The notes under the pieces were generated by a model. It worked only from the letters and a program-made list of their open reading frames with translations. It had not been told where the DNA came from and made no database searches. A stretch of DNA of 63,224 nucleotides, the filler included, from Octopus bimaculoides (taxonomy: Eukaryota): the NCBI RefSeq assembly GCF_001194135.2. It is 8 parts of 7 records of this genome, joined end to end, with 100 filler letters (N's around TTAATTAATTAA, not from the genome) between each part and the next. Parts side by side here need not be neighbours in the genome. Positions count along the whole stretch, not along the records: positions 24,721 to 28,548 come from NC_068992.1; positions 28,649 to 46,124 come from NC_069001.1; 6 more parts are not named here. The stretch is one strand, 5' to 3'. Every line of letters starts with the position of its first letter. Position 1 is the first letter of the stretch. The translations under genes and the position numbers were made by a program. Positions 25,951 to 38,335 of this stretch are shown here, piece by piece.

Positions 25951-26190
25951 TTACATTATCTACATTTAATGGATATTTCTCTTCATCTTGTTTGTTGTTA
26001 ACACAACGTTTCGGCTGATATACCCTCCAGCCTTTATCAGGTGCCTTGGGGAAATTTCGAACATGGATTCTCATTCCTAAGGTTTGAAATTTCTCCAAGA
26101 CACCTGATGAAGGCTGGAGGGTATATCAGCCGAAATGTCTTAACAGCAAACAAGATGAAGACAAATATCCATTAAATGTAAATAATGTAA
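25951..26190. mobile_element. Inverted pair of Penelope-type termini, each with a minimal hammerhead-like motif
   Basis: Arms of about 105 bp (25951-26058 and 26086-26190) are reverse complements. Plus arm: GACAC-CTGATGA-A-GGCTG(GAGGGTATAT)CAGCC-GAAAT. Minus arm: GGCAC-CTGATAA-A-GGCTG..CAGCC-GAAACGTT-GTGTT. Confidence 0.7.
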
Positions 26191-26213
26191 TTATCAAATA
26201 TTATACTTGTATA

Positions 26214-26340
26214 AGGCGGCGAGCTGGCAGAATGGTTAGCACGCCGGGCTAAATGCTTAGCGGCATTTCACCCGTCTTTAGGTTCTGAGTTCAAATTCCG
26301 CCAAGGTTAATTTTGCCTTTCATCCTTTCGCGGTCGATGA
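26214..26340 (+). mobile_element. SINE family B, 3'-truncated
   Basis: GGCGGCGAGCTGGCAGAA head and B-box. Confidence 0.85.
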
Positions 26341-27080
26341 CGGAAGAGAATAGTTCTTCAGTGGATCGATGGAAGCAGTTGTGTGGTCACAAAGGGGAGT
26401 GAGAAGTTCAAGGTGTTGGAGGACATTGCTATTAATGAATGTCGCCATTGCCTTCGAAACATTGGAAAGAAATGCGTTTAGGTGATAGAAGGGTGAGAAG
26501 GGCTGCCAAAGATGTAGGTATATCGTAGTAGCGAGGGAAAGAAAGAAGAGTTTGAAGGGTCCAGGGTTTAGCTCTGGAGTGTAACATTTGACGGTAATGG
26601 AACTAACATCGTCAGGGTTGACGGTCATATTTGTCTGAAATGACCGGAGGTACTTTGCACTTAGCTAAGCGGAGAGATAGGGCTCAATGAGCTTTTATAG
26701 ACACAGCTTTTTTACAGATATAATTTTACATCGCTCTGTAGATATATCGACAGGGCTCTATAACTGCAGCTTTATATTTTTCCATAAATGTCACTCTAAA
26801 GAGATCTATTGACGCATCTATACAGCTGTCTATAGATTAAGCTCTACTGGGTTCTCTATAAACTATTCTAAAACACTCTATAGATGTAACAACGTTCTAA
26901 AGATGCGGTTGGCATAATAGAAAATTTTATGATGAGTTAAAAGACATTTGAATTAGAGAGATTTATTAATTTTATAAGCAACATATGGTAATTTCAATTA
27001 CGAATAGAAACAGGATCGTCCAGTCGGAGTTTTACATCATTACTGTACTGCGCTAAACACACACACACACACACACATAT

Positions 27081-27440
27081 AGGCGCAGGAGCGGCTGTGT
27101 GGTAAGTAGCTTGCTTACCAACCACATGGTTACGGATTCAGCCCCACTGCGTGGCACCTTGGGCAAGTGTCTACTACTATATAGCCTCAGGTCGACCAAA
27201 GCCTTGTGATGTATGTATATATGTATGTGATGTATGTATATATGTACGTATATATGTTTGTATGTCTGTGTTTGTCCCCCACAACATCGCTTGACAACCG
27301 ATGGTGGTGTGTTTGCGTCCCCGTAAAAGAGACCGATAGAATAAGTACTAGGCTTACAAAGAATAAGTCCTGGGGTCGATTTGTTTCGACTAAAGGCGGT
27401 GGTCCAGCATGGCCGCAGTCAAATGACTAACACAAATAAT
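27081..27440 (+). mobile_element. SINE family A
   Basis: Head, internal microsatellite and tail are all present. Confidence 0.9.
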
Positions 27441-27460
27441 AGAAAAGAAAAAAAGAAAGA

Positions 27461-27493
<33 letters not shown>

Positions 27494-27514
27494 TATATAT
27501 ATATATATATATAT

Positions 27515-27546
<32 letters not shown>

Positions 27547-27552
27547 CTCTTT

Positions 27553-27952
27553 TACTCTTTTACTTGTTTCAGTCATTTGACTGCGGCCATGCTGGAGCAC
27601 CGCCTTTAGTGGAGCAAATCGACCCCAGGACTTATTCTTTGTAAGCCTAGTACTTATTCTATCGGTCTCTTTAGCCGAACCGCTAAGTTACGGGGACGTA
27701 AACACACCAGCATCGGTTGTCAAGCGATGTTGGGGGGACGCAGACACAAACATATACACACACATACATATATATATATATACATATATACGACGGGCTT
27801 TTTTCAGTTTCCGTCTACCAAATCCACTCACAAGGCTTTGGTCGGCTCGAGGCTATAGTAGAAGACACTTGCCCAAGGTGCCACGCAGTGGGAATGAACC
27901 CGGAACCATGTGGTTGGTAAGCAAGCTACTTACCACACAGCCACTCCTGCAC
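27553..27952 (-). mobile_element. SINE family A, full length
   Basis: Reverse complement of 37394-37815. Confidence 0.92.
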
Positions 27953-28070
27953 CTATATATAAAAAACACACAATAAGATATAACGATAAATTAATATTAT
28001 AATATATTAGACACTTTATAATATATGTCTCTAAAACAATTAAAACCCACAAAAGTAGAATGCATATATA

Positions 28071-28538
28071 AGGGTGCAAATAACACCTACGATTGCTAGA
28101 AATAAGAGCTAAAAGATATAACGCGAATAGCCACACAAAATCACCAGCTTCATGAGATGTTCAAGGGACTGCGAGTGGCAAGCCACAACATCTTTCTCCA
28201 GCGAGATAAAACGCTCAAACCGTTTTGAATTTTAGCGCTCGCTATTCAACTGTTATTTTCCGTCATGAACTAACAGGAAGCAACCTATCTCTTGAACCAG
28301 GAGTAAATTGTGGATTCTCCTGATGAGAAACGAAACGTTATTAATTAAATTTCGTAATGATATGATAGGGTCTTATGAAATTATTTCATTCAGCAAGTTT
28401 TATCTCACTGGAGAAAGATATTGTGGCTTGCCGCTCGAAGTCTCTTGAACATCTCATGAGGTTGGTGATTTTGTGTGACTATTCGAGTTACATTTTTTCA
28501 GCTCTTATTTTAGGAATCGTAGGTGCTATCTGCACCCC
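28071..28538. mobile_element. Tc1/mariner-type MITE with long imperfect TIRs and TA flanks
   Basis: TA-AGGGTGCAAATAACACCTACGATT ... AATCGTAGGTGCTATCTGCACCCC-TA. The arms stay complementary for about 150 bp. Confidence 0.8.
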
Positions 28539-28949
28539 TATATATATANNNNNNNNNNNNNNNNNNNNNNNNNNNNNNNNNNNNNNNNNNNNTTAATTAA
28601 TTAANNNNNNNNNNNNNNNNNNNNNNNNNNNNNNNNNNNNNNNNNNNNGTGTTCATTAATATTTCTCTTACATTTTTGTTTGGCAATTGTTTCGCTTTGT
28701 TTAATATAATTTCTCTGGGGTGCACATCATGAAAAAGAAGCTATTGTTGCTTTAAAGCTAGACGGTAAAATAACATGGAAATGTTTCTAAAAAAAGAAAA
28801 ATAAATATACACGACATTGGTATCTAACCTCAGAATACTGTTGACATTCCAAAATATTCAATAATAATTCCCGCTTGAAATAAAAGGAAATACTATGCAA
28901 AATGAAAATTAATTTCCTCAGTTAAACTTATAAAGCAACTCCTTTCTAC

Positions 28950-29143
28950 TATAGGCACAAGGCCTAAAATTTTGGGGAGGGTGATAGTCGATTACATCGA
29001 CCCAGTACTCAACTGGTACTTAATTTATCGACCCCTAAAGGATAAAAGGCAAAGTCGACCTCGGCGGAATTTGAACTCAGAAAGTAATGGCAGACGAAAT
29101 TCCGCCAAGCATTTCGCCTGGCGTGCTAACGATTCTGCCAGCT
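28950..29143 (-). mobile_element. SINE family B
   Basis: Reverse complement of the family B core. Confidence 0.85.
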
Positions 29144-29246
29144 CCAAACCACGAGTCTGAACGCGTAGAAGCGAACGATGACGACGATGATGATAGTAGT
29201 TATATGTTTGTACTTTAGGCAAATGGCCAACAAATTTGAGGGGTGG

Positions 29247-30078
29247 GGTTTTGATATCTGGTGGACTTAAATATCCTTGTTGAAAACGTCCTGCTACATT
29301 ACGCCGAAACTTCATGTCCATTGCGTGACACGAACGAGACAACTAGCGACGTCACCTCTTTGTACATGAGGGTGAACCTAATGTGTCTTCCTCCCAAATA
29401 TTATGGAACACAAAAATAAATGGCAGAAAATGAAAGGCACATTGACATTTCAATATCTATAAAAACAAAAAATAATATTACAGTAAACACGTTCAACGAG
29501 GACAACAGCAGCAACAGTATATAGCCACAACATTGGCATATATATATATGCCAGACGAAAATTACGAACAATAACTAAAAGCAATCGTTTGCTAACGTAT
29601 TTTTGAATAAAATGAGTCTTTAAATATGGAACACTGCTGAAAAAGAAACATAAGTTTGGCAGCATTCTTATTCACAAAACAAGCGACAGCCTATCTCCAT
29701 CACAGAGGCACTGATAAAGCGGAGGATAACTTTTCTGTCCTTTTCGAAGGTCACTCGAGTTTCTCTAGTTCAATCCAATAAAGCGCTGGCGCCAGTTTTG
29801 GCAAATACGTCAAATGAAAACGTTATCGGGAGATGGAGGCCGTATGATTACCTGTGAATTATTTTTAAAACAGGGAACTGGCTAAATTGCCTGAAACATG
29901 CATGCTTGTAAACAGTTCCATAATATTTGGGAGGAAGACACATTAGGTTCACCCTCATGTACAAAGAGGTGACGTCGCTAGTTGTCCCGTTTGTGTCACG
30001 CAATGGACATGAAGTTTCGGCGTAATGTAGCAGGACGCTTTCAACAAGGATATTTAAGTCCACCAGATATCAAAAACC
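29247..30078. mobile_element. Fold-back element with about 163-bp near-identical inverted arms
   Basis: 29247-29409 is the reverse complement of 29915-30078 with only a few differences. No TSD recognised. Confidence 0.7.
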
Positions 30079-30939
30079 ATAAAACAATGCATCAATTGAC
30101 CTGATTAGAAGATATTAAGAGGAAGGCCTTAAACCCAGCTTTAAAGACATAACTCCTAGCTGCTACACATATGATAGCAAAAGTCTCTATATAATGAAGT
30201 GTTTGATACACGTGTAATGCAATGTTATGAAGACCTGTAAGTTTATGCATTAAAATATAAATAAGAACATATAAAATGTGGAACTTCTAATAAGGGTCTT
30301 CGTAATTGCTATTATTTCCAATGTTATATGATTAACATTGACCTTCGTCACCATCAAAATAGCATACTTTCTTTATATATCCTAAATATATACGGCAGAG
30401 AAGTTCGTTATAAAATGGAAATTGCATAGCTGTCAATAAATTCCTTTCAGCTGTCACTTAGCTCCAGGTCAACCTTCACTGGTTAGAATTATCGTTACAA
30501 ATGTTTCAGTCTTGACCAATCCATAGTTTTTCCTTTTTTTTATATATATATATATATATATACATATGACTACATTACACAACTTGATCTTGTCTTAAGT
30601 GCGATCCAAAGGAGAGCTGGCTTCTATTTATAGCAAGTTAGGCGACAACATAGCTGCTTCTTTGCCGACTCCAATAAAACCTGTACCTGTCACACATACA
30701 TCTCCGTTCAAACCCCGTCTCCAATATTCTTCGGTAACAGAATCTCGTAATAATCTCAGGATTATCACTCTTAGAATCTAAGAAATTTTAATTTTGCTTC
30801 ACTTAAAAAGAAATGCAGAAATGCAATCACATATCTTCAACTAAAAACAAAACAAGAGACTATCATACATGTCAACCCTTAGCATTATTATCGACCCCAT
30901 CTTCAAAATCGTCTTGGCTTTCGTAATAGTTTCAAATTT

Positions 30940-31131
30940 TGGCGTAGGAACAGCAGTTTTGAGGGAAGAGGGGAAAGTCCATTACATCGGCTCCGGTGCT
31001 TAACTGGAACTTATTTTCTCAATCTCGAAAGGATGGAAGGCAAATTCGAACTCCGCAGGATTTAAACACAAAGACGGGTGAAATACTGTTAGGCATTATT
31101 GTCCGGCGTCCTAAAGGTTCTGCCAGTTCTC
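30940..31131 (-). mobile_element. Old, diverged SINE family B copy that retains CpGs
   Basis: Family B layout is recognisable despite divergence. Confidence 0.6.
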
Positions 31132-31429
31132 AGGTTTTCCTTTTGTTCATCATAATGATGTTCTTAATCACAGTCGTAATTACTAACGCAAACATCATCT
31201 CCATTATCATCCTTACAATCATCAACAATGTGAGCAACACCATCATGACTTCCACCATTAGATTTTATCGTCCTTGTCATCATTTACATAATTTATGTAG
31301 CGTCTTCACCATCATCATCATCAATACTTACGTCGTATTTGTTTTTGCTGTGTCTTAAATGGAAAGAAACTAATAAACAACCAACCAACCTAATAAAATG
31401 ACAAAAATATTGAAAAGAATTAAACAATA

Positions 31430-31770
31430 GGCGCAGGAGTAGCTGTGTGGTAAGTATCTTGCTTACCAACCACATCGTTCCGGGTTCAGTCCCACTGCGT
31501 GGTACTGAGGCAAGTGTCTTCTACTATAGCCTCAGGCCGACCAAAGCCTTGAGTGGATTTGGTTGACGGAAACTGAAAGAAGCCCGTCGTATATATGTAT
31601 ATATGCATATATGTATGTGTGTAAATATGTTTGTGTGTCTGTGTTTGTCTCCCACCAACATCGCTTGATTACCAATGCTGGTGTGTTTACGCATTTGTTC
31701 GACTAAATGCGGTGCTCCAGCATGGCTGCAGTCAAATGACTGAAACAAGTAAAAGAGTAAAGAGTAAGAG
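31430..31770 (+). mobile_element. SINE family A with internal deletion
   Basis: Lacks the GACCGATAGAATAAGTAC segment present in other copies. Confidence 0.88.
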
Positions 31771-32378
31771 TAATAAAAAAACGTTGGTTAACGAGAAAAT
31801 ATGAACATTAAATGAAACGACAGATAAATAATTTTCAGACAAACGCAGGAATAATAATTATAATGTATTTATAATTATATCATTAACAGCCACATATTAC
31901 CAAAAACAATTGTTTGTTTTGTTGTATTTCATTCTTTGTTTTTTTTTTAATGTTTTTGTTTTTAGTCTTATGTTGAAATTCCAAACTGCTTGAGTTTTGG
32001 GATCTAATTTTGAAAATATTATATACAGAAAAGAAAAAAANNNNNNNNNNNNNNNNNNNNNNNNNNNNNNNNNNNNNNNNNNNNNNNNNNNNNNNNNNNN
32101 NNNNNNNNNNNNNNNNNNNNNNNNNNNNNNNNNNNNNNNNNNNNNNNNNNNNNNNNNNNNNNNNNNNNNNNNNNNNNNNNNNNNNNNNNNNNNNNNNNNN
32201 NNNNNNNNNNNNNNNNNNNNNNNNNNNNNNNNNNNNNNNNNNNNNNNNNNNNNNNNNNNNNNNNNNNNNNNNNNNNNNNNNNNNNNNNNNNNNNNNNNNN
32301 NNNNNNNNNNNNNGTCATATTGTTCACGTTTTAAAAAACAAATATTACCGATTTTCATATATAAATACGCATTTTCTT

Positions 32379-32411
<33 letters not shown>

Positions 32412-34625
32412 AGAGAGAGAGAGTATTGTGTGTACAGTTAGATTTACGACTACTGCTAGTAAGTTTAGAGCATCTGATCTATGGAAACATAATGCCACAA
32501 AGCATTCCAGTGATGACTGCATTTCGAACACCGACTGTAGAGAATGCAGATAAACCAAAATAGTGAAACGTACGTAGGGAACAGATGATATAAAATGCGC
32601 CTTCTTTTTATCTTACTTTTTTAAATATATATATCTAGAGACACACACACACACTATATATATAGAGAGAGAGAGAGACAGCTGATGAAGGGATATTCCA
32701 AGTGGCTTTCCGTTTTCCTATGTGTTCGTTCCGTTGTCTGTAGTTTATTGTTCTAACGTCCTGTACCCTGATATGCATATATATACACATGTAGATGTAA
32801 GTATGTACATATATGTGTGTATACATGTATATATATTCTTTGTATTATTACATTATTGAACGCACACGTCCTTTTTTGCAAGTAAGTCTACTATTATTCT
32901 GACGTGACTATCTTTCTATCTATCTATCTATCTGTCTATCTGTCTATCTATCTATCTATCTTTCTATCTATTTATCTATCTGTCTTCCTCTATCTTCCTA
33001 TCTACCCCTCTGTCCTGGCCTCTACTTCNNNNNNNNNNNNNNNNNNNNNNNNNNNNNNNNNNNNNNNNNNNNNNNNNNNNNNNNNNNNNNNNNNNNNNNN
33101 NNNNNNNNNNNNNNNNNNNNNNNNNNNNNNNNNNNNNNNNNNNNNNNNNNNNNNNNNNNNNNNNNNNNNNNNNNNNNNNNNNNNNNNNNNNNNNNNNNNN
33201 NNNNNNNNNNNNNNNNNNNNNNNNNNNNNNNNNNNNNNNNNNNNNNNNNNNNNNNNNNNNNNNNNNNNNNNNNNNNNNNNNNNNNNNNNNNNNNNNNNNN
33301 NNNNNNNNNNNNNNNNNNNNNNNNNNNNNNNNNNNNNNNNNNNNNNNNNNNNNNNNNNNNNNNNNNNNNNNNNNNNNNNNNNNNNNNNNNNNNNNNNNNN
33401 NNNNNNNNNNNNNNNNNNNNNNNNNNNNNNNNNNNNNNNNNNNNNNNNNNNNNNNNNNNNNNNNNNNNNNNNNNNNNNNNNNNNNNNNNNNNNNNNNNNN
33501 NNNNNNNNNNNNNNNNNNNNNNNNNNNNNNNNNNNNNNNNNNNNNNNNNNNNNNATATATATATATATATATATATAAGCTAGTCAATCAGTAAGTCCTT
33601 CTTGGAGATAGTAAGATAAGAATTGAAGCAAATTTAGCTGTTATTTCTATGAAATTGAAAGGGCTACAAAGACTCTCTTGGTTACAAACCCCGGCACAAA
33701 GTTATGTATTCGAAAGCAGATTATAAAATTTAAATAATCGATAAGGATGATTCACAGTTTATGTATTATTAAGGAAATTTATGACTAAACACTACCGGGA
33801 TGGCATCCTAGTCATTCCCCTTTCACTATATTTGTTCCCTCAGTGGGAGTTGCGGTTGGCACAGTCTAGTGTTAATAAAGATGTAAATCGTCGTGTTTTT
33901 TGTGGTGACGCTAACTGAATGCACATCTGACCGAATAATTAAATAGTTAGTTTCCCCCATCATGAGATTGTGATTTTTACCGTAATCTCGTGTCAACTCA
34001 AGACTGCGCTTGAGACTGAAGTGGAAGCCTGGTCAGATGGATTCTATTTAAATCAATGGACAGATATTGTCACATACATACATGTGCATCACATTGGCTC
34101 AGCTTAAGAATTTCGTATCTGCCGAACGCTCAGCCACAATACACAGCTCTTATAACGAGGATGCACTTTGGTTGATCACACAACTAAAACTGAATACTCA
34201 CGGTTTAAACCACCGGAGGTTGACTTGTCACAGCCACATAAATAATGAAATACATCACCTACTGTAGCAGAACAACACTAGTGAAGGCAGACAGTCTGTA
34301 TTGAAACGTATGAATATTTGTATGTATGTATATGGGGACAAATCAATGTAATGTTATCTATTGGTTTGAACGCCCTCTACAAATAATGTTTACTCGGTAT
34401 TCTTATGCTGAGTCTTTTCTTGTGTGAATAGTCTTCTCAAATTTTAGGATAAGATATGCGTATCCTATTACACACACACATATATATATATAGTTTTATA
34501 TATGTTTGACTTAAATTTGACGGTCAAATATAGCTTTATACAGAAATGTTGACATAGGAATAAATTACATTAATAATGGATATTAGCGTCAAATCTCTCT
34601 CTTAAATTAAAAAATTTTAAACTTT

Positions 34626-34663
<38 letters not shown>

Positions 34664-35067
34664 CTACGTTAAATTGCCTTTAATGTGAGCAAACGTGAAA
34701 ACGTTTTAACTAACGGTTTCATAGCTTATATAGCATATATATATATATATATATACATTGGGGTGGGAGGGAAACTGGATTGAGATGGTAATATTTATTT
34801 TCAGCAGCGGTGTTTCGTGTCAGTAGACTTCTGATTGACAGCATAATTCCAATATCACCCAATTAATTGACATTTCTAATTCGATGTATCAATCAAATGG
34901 TGCGGGATTTTCTCAACGTCACTCATTTGCGAGACTAAGATATAAACTTACTAATTATTTATCCTTAGTTCAGCCCTGATTGAGCGGAAGTTGCTCAGAG
35001 GCTCTCCTCCTATGGCAATCTCGTCTATTTCTATGAAAATCTATTTAGTAGGAGTAAGATGTAAATA

Positions 35068-35316
35068 GTGGAGGCGCGTGGCTTAGTGGTTAGGGTGTCA
35101 GCACCATGATCGTAAGATTGTGCTTTCGATTCCTGGACCGGGCGACGCGTTGTGTTCTTGAGCAAAACACTTCATTTTACGTTGCTGCAGTCCACTCAGC
35201 TAGCAAAAATGAGTAACGCTGCGATGGACTGGCGTCCCGTCCAGCTGGGGAACACATACGCCATTGAAACCGGGAAACCAGGCCCATGAGCCTGGCTAGG
35301 CTTTAAAAGGGCGCAA
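35068..35316 (+). mobile_element. tRNA-derived SINE family C with TSD
   Basis: A-box TGGCTTAGTGG, B-box-like TTCGATTCC, GATGTAAATA duplicated on both flanks; near-identical to 47669-47918. Confidence 0.9.
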
Positions 35317-36876
35317 GAAAAGGATGTAAATACATTGTTTTGTTTTTTTAAGAAAGCGGCATATAATTTGGGAGGTTTTGACTGCATTTTCTAAAAGACG
35401 AATCGGTTTTTGCCTCTCCTTATAGCTGAAGGCGGCACCTATCCATAAATTCGTTTCACTACTTAAATGACTTGATTCGCTGAAATATTAAAGTATCTTC
35501 TCTGCTCTAAAGGAGTATCGAACCATCGTATATTCTCCGGTAACTAACTAAAATCATTTGATGGCTCAATTCGACTAAACTCTAGACATCGTATGAGCAA
35601 AGTCAGTCGAATATTTTGTAGCAAAGAGAATTAATCCAGCCACTTGATTTAAATGGGGATCAGTAACTAGATCAGCAAAGATCACTCGAATATTCTACAA
35701 CTTAATAAGCTGATCCAGTCCGTTGCCCAGCTCTAAATAAAAAAACAGACGAAAATTTATCTATTATGATGTATCTTATAATGTGAGCAACAGCATCATG
35801 ACCTCCACCACTACATTTTATCGTCCTTGTCATCATTGACTAGATCTAACTATCAAGATGGACAAGGATTAATTGAATATTGTCTTCAGTCCCTTAATTC
35901 AGCACCATAAACCAAAATGAGCAATGATCTCACTAGATTCTGGTGAGAATTCGTTCTCTGTAGACCTACTCACCTACTGAATAGATTCTCACGTTCGACA
36001 TTTTTGCTATAAACGATATAAACAGTATGACTCTTCCAAAATGCAGCTCTCTATCGGGATTCTATTTTACACTTTTTCTTCGCTTAAATATAATTTCAAA
36101 TATGTAAATGACTGAAAATCTATGAGTAAAGAGACATTTGTATTTTTGATTTGTCTGAGTGCGTGCGTAAAAAAAAAATGCCATCGTTTGTATGTGTGTG
36201 TAATTATATGCGCGTTTGTATATATATATGTAGGTAGGTAGGTTGAATTTTTAGTTTTCGTCTTGTTTGTTTCTTTCTTTTAGATTTCCTTTTCGCTGTT
36301 TATTATTAATCAAGTGTATGACTTGAGTTTTTAATTGTTGTTTTTTCTTCATTTTCGTTTGCCTTTGTTTTATTGTAAGTTTAAGGTTTTTTTTTTTACT
36401 GTTCTTTCTTGAATGAAGCTACGTTTCATTCAGTCGTCGAATCATGGCAATACGTTAACGGGCAACAGTAAAACAAACACACACATACACGCACACAAAA
36501 CATACGGGCACTGCTCACATAGACACGGATTCATGCAAGGTGTTTTGCACTGTGCTCTAACGAATTAACGCCAATTTGTCCTCCATATTTTTTAATCAAC
36601 TTCATCACAATGATAATCATAATCATCAGCATTAATAGTTTTTTTTTGTTTGTTATTTTGTAATATTTTATCTGAATTGTTTTTTGCTTAGTTTTGTGTT
36701 TTCTTCATTATAATTTTTCTTTTGTTTTCATAAATTTTATGAATAATAATAATTATTATCCTCGTGTCCGCTAATCTGTCACCCTTGTGGTAATAAATGA
36801 AATCCTCCCCATAATTATAATAATAATAATTATTATTATTATTAATTAGAATTATCATCAATATTGATAAGTGAAT

Positions 36877-37135
36877 CTAAGAATGTATCCAGCCAACTTT
36901 ATGATTGTTCCTGTTCGGTAACTGTACATGTCCTTTTAAGACTTTCGGATAGTCCTGCTCGCACACCAGGTTACCGTTCACGATGCTGAATCGATCCCCC
37001 GTCACCAGTTGGTTATGACATGTGACGCACGTGAAGCATTTCAAGTGGTAAACGTTCCCTTGTACACGTCTCACCATTTCATTGGCTGGGATGGTCTGTC
37101 CACATGTATAGCACGTACCACCCACTCCGAACAAT
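36877..37135 (-). CDS. LMO4: LIM domain only 4, exon encoding the second LIM domain and C-terminus
   Basis: (R)LFGVGGTCYTCGQTIPANEMVRRVQGNVYHLKCFTCVTCHNQLVTGDRFSIVNGNLVCEQD has a complete LIM C/H spacing and closely resembles LMO4 LIM2 as recalled (LFGNSGACSACGQSIPASELVMRAQGNVYHLKCFTC). Acceptor TTTTCTTTCTTATTGCAG| at 37136, phase 2. The end is either TAG at 36877 or a weak donor at 36897. Confidence 0.93.
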
Positions 37136-37393
37136 CTGCAATAAGAAAGAAAATGACAGAGAATTAGAAGTGAGATTATTCCATTTTCATTTGCTGAAAT
37201 AGTTTTTTTGATATTTCAAGTCCTCTCTTATATTCATACACTGTTATTATTCACTAATTTATGGCTAACTGAAGCACTGGTTTTCCACCGGGGCCCAACA
37301 TGACAATTGAGGGTCCGTGCTTTTTTTAATTTGTGTACACTAAATTGTTTATACTTTTATAATATACCAAATATTTTAATATATTTCTACAAT

Positions 37394-37556
37394 AGACGTA
37401 GGAGCGGCTGTGTGGTAAGTACCTTGCTTACGAAACACATGGTTCCGGGTTCAGTCCCACTGCGTGGCACCTTGGAAAAGTGTTTTCTACTATAGCCTCG
37501 GGCCGACCAAAGCCTTGTGAGTGAATTTGGTAGACGGAAACTGAAAGAAGCCCGTC

Positions 37557-37610
<54 letters not shown>

Positions 37611-37815
37611 GTGTGTTTGTGTGTCTGTTTGTCCTCCCAGCATCGCTTGATATCCGATGCTGGTGTGTATACGTCCCCTTAGCAGTTCGGCAAAAGAGAC
37701 CGATAGAATAAGTACTAGGCTTACAAAGAATAAGTCCTGGGGTCGATTTGCTCGACTAAAGGTGGTGCTCCAGCATGGCCACAGTCAAATGACTGAAACT
37801 AGTAAAAGAGTAAAA
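37394..37815 (+). mobile_element. SINE family A, full length, in the LMO4 intron
   Basis: tRNA-like head, internal (TG)(TA) array and GTAAAAGA tail. Confidence 0.92.
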
Positions 37816-38335
37816 GAATCCCTAATAAAATTTAATTCTAAAAATATAATAGGATTTTTGAAACATTGAATGGCTATGAGGATCCATTCATGTATAATAG
37901 AAATCAAAGAGGTCTTTGAGCAACAAAAAAAACTGTTGGGAATGACTGATTTAAATAAACATAAAATCAACATTGTAGCACGAAACATAGCAATATATTC
38001 TAGCAGATCAATCATCAAAGACGCTCCATTTGTGATTACCACAGGTGAAAGATAAGTGTGGAAATTTGTCGTTGCCCAGTAGCATAATAGGTTTCTACGT
38101 TATTAATATCACAGAAATTTTGACGAAGTTGACTCTTATGAAATCTGAAATCAAAACATAACGTTATGAAACTCAGTACTCTAAGAATTCTGATTTATCT
38201 GCTCTTGTTTACTATATTTCGGATTAAATATTTTCTGGTCGCAATATTCACGTATTTTATTCATACAGTATACAGTATACATTCTCTTCGTGTTTAGCTG
38301 CAGCGATAAGTTATTGTTGGAAGAATATATTGCTA

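Noticed and set aside
26340-26630. Possible LINE remnant (ORF 26320..26628)
   Set aside because: No RT or endonuclease motif that I can identify with confidence.
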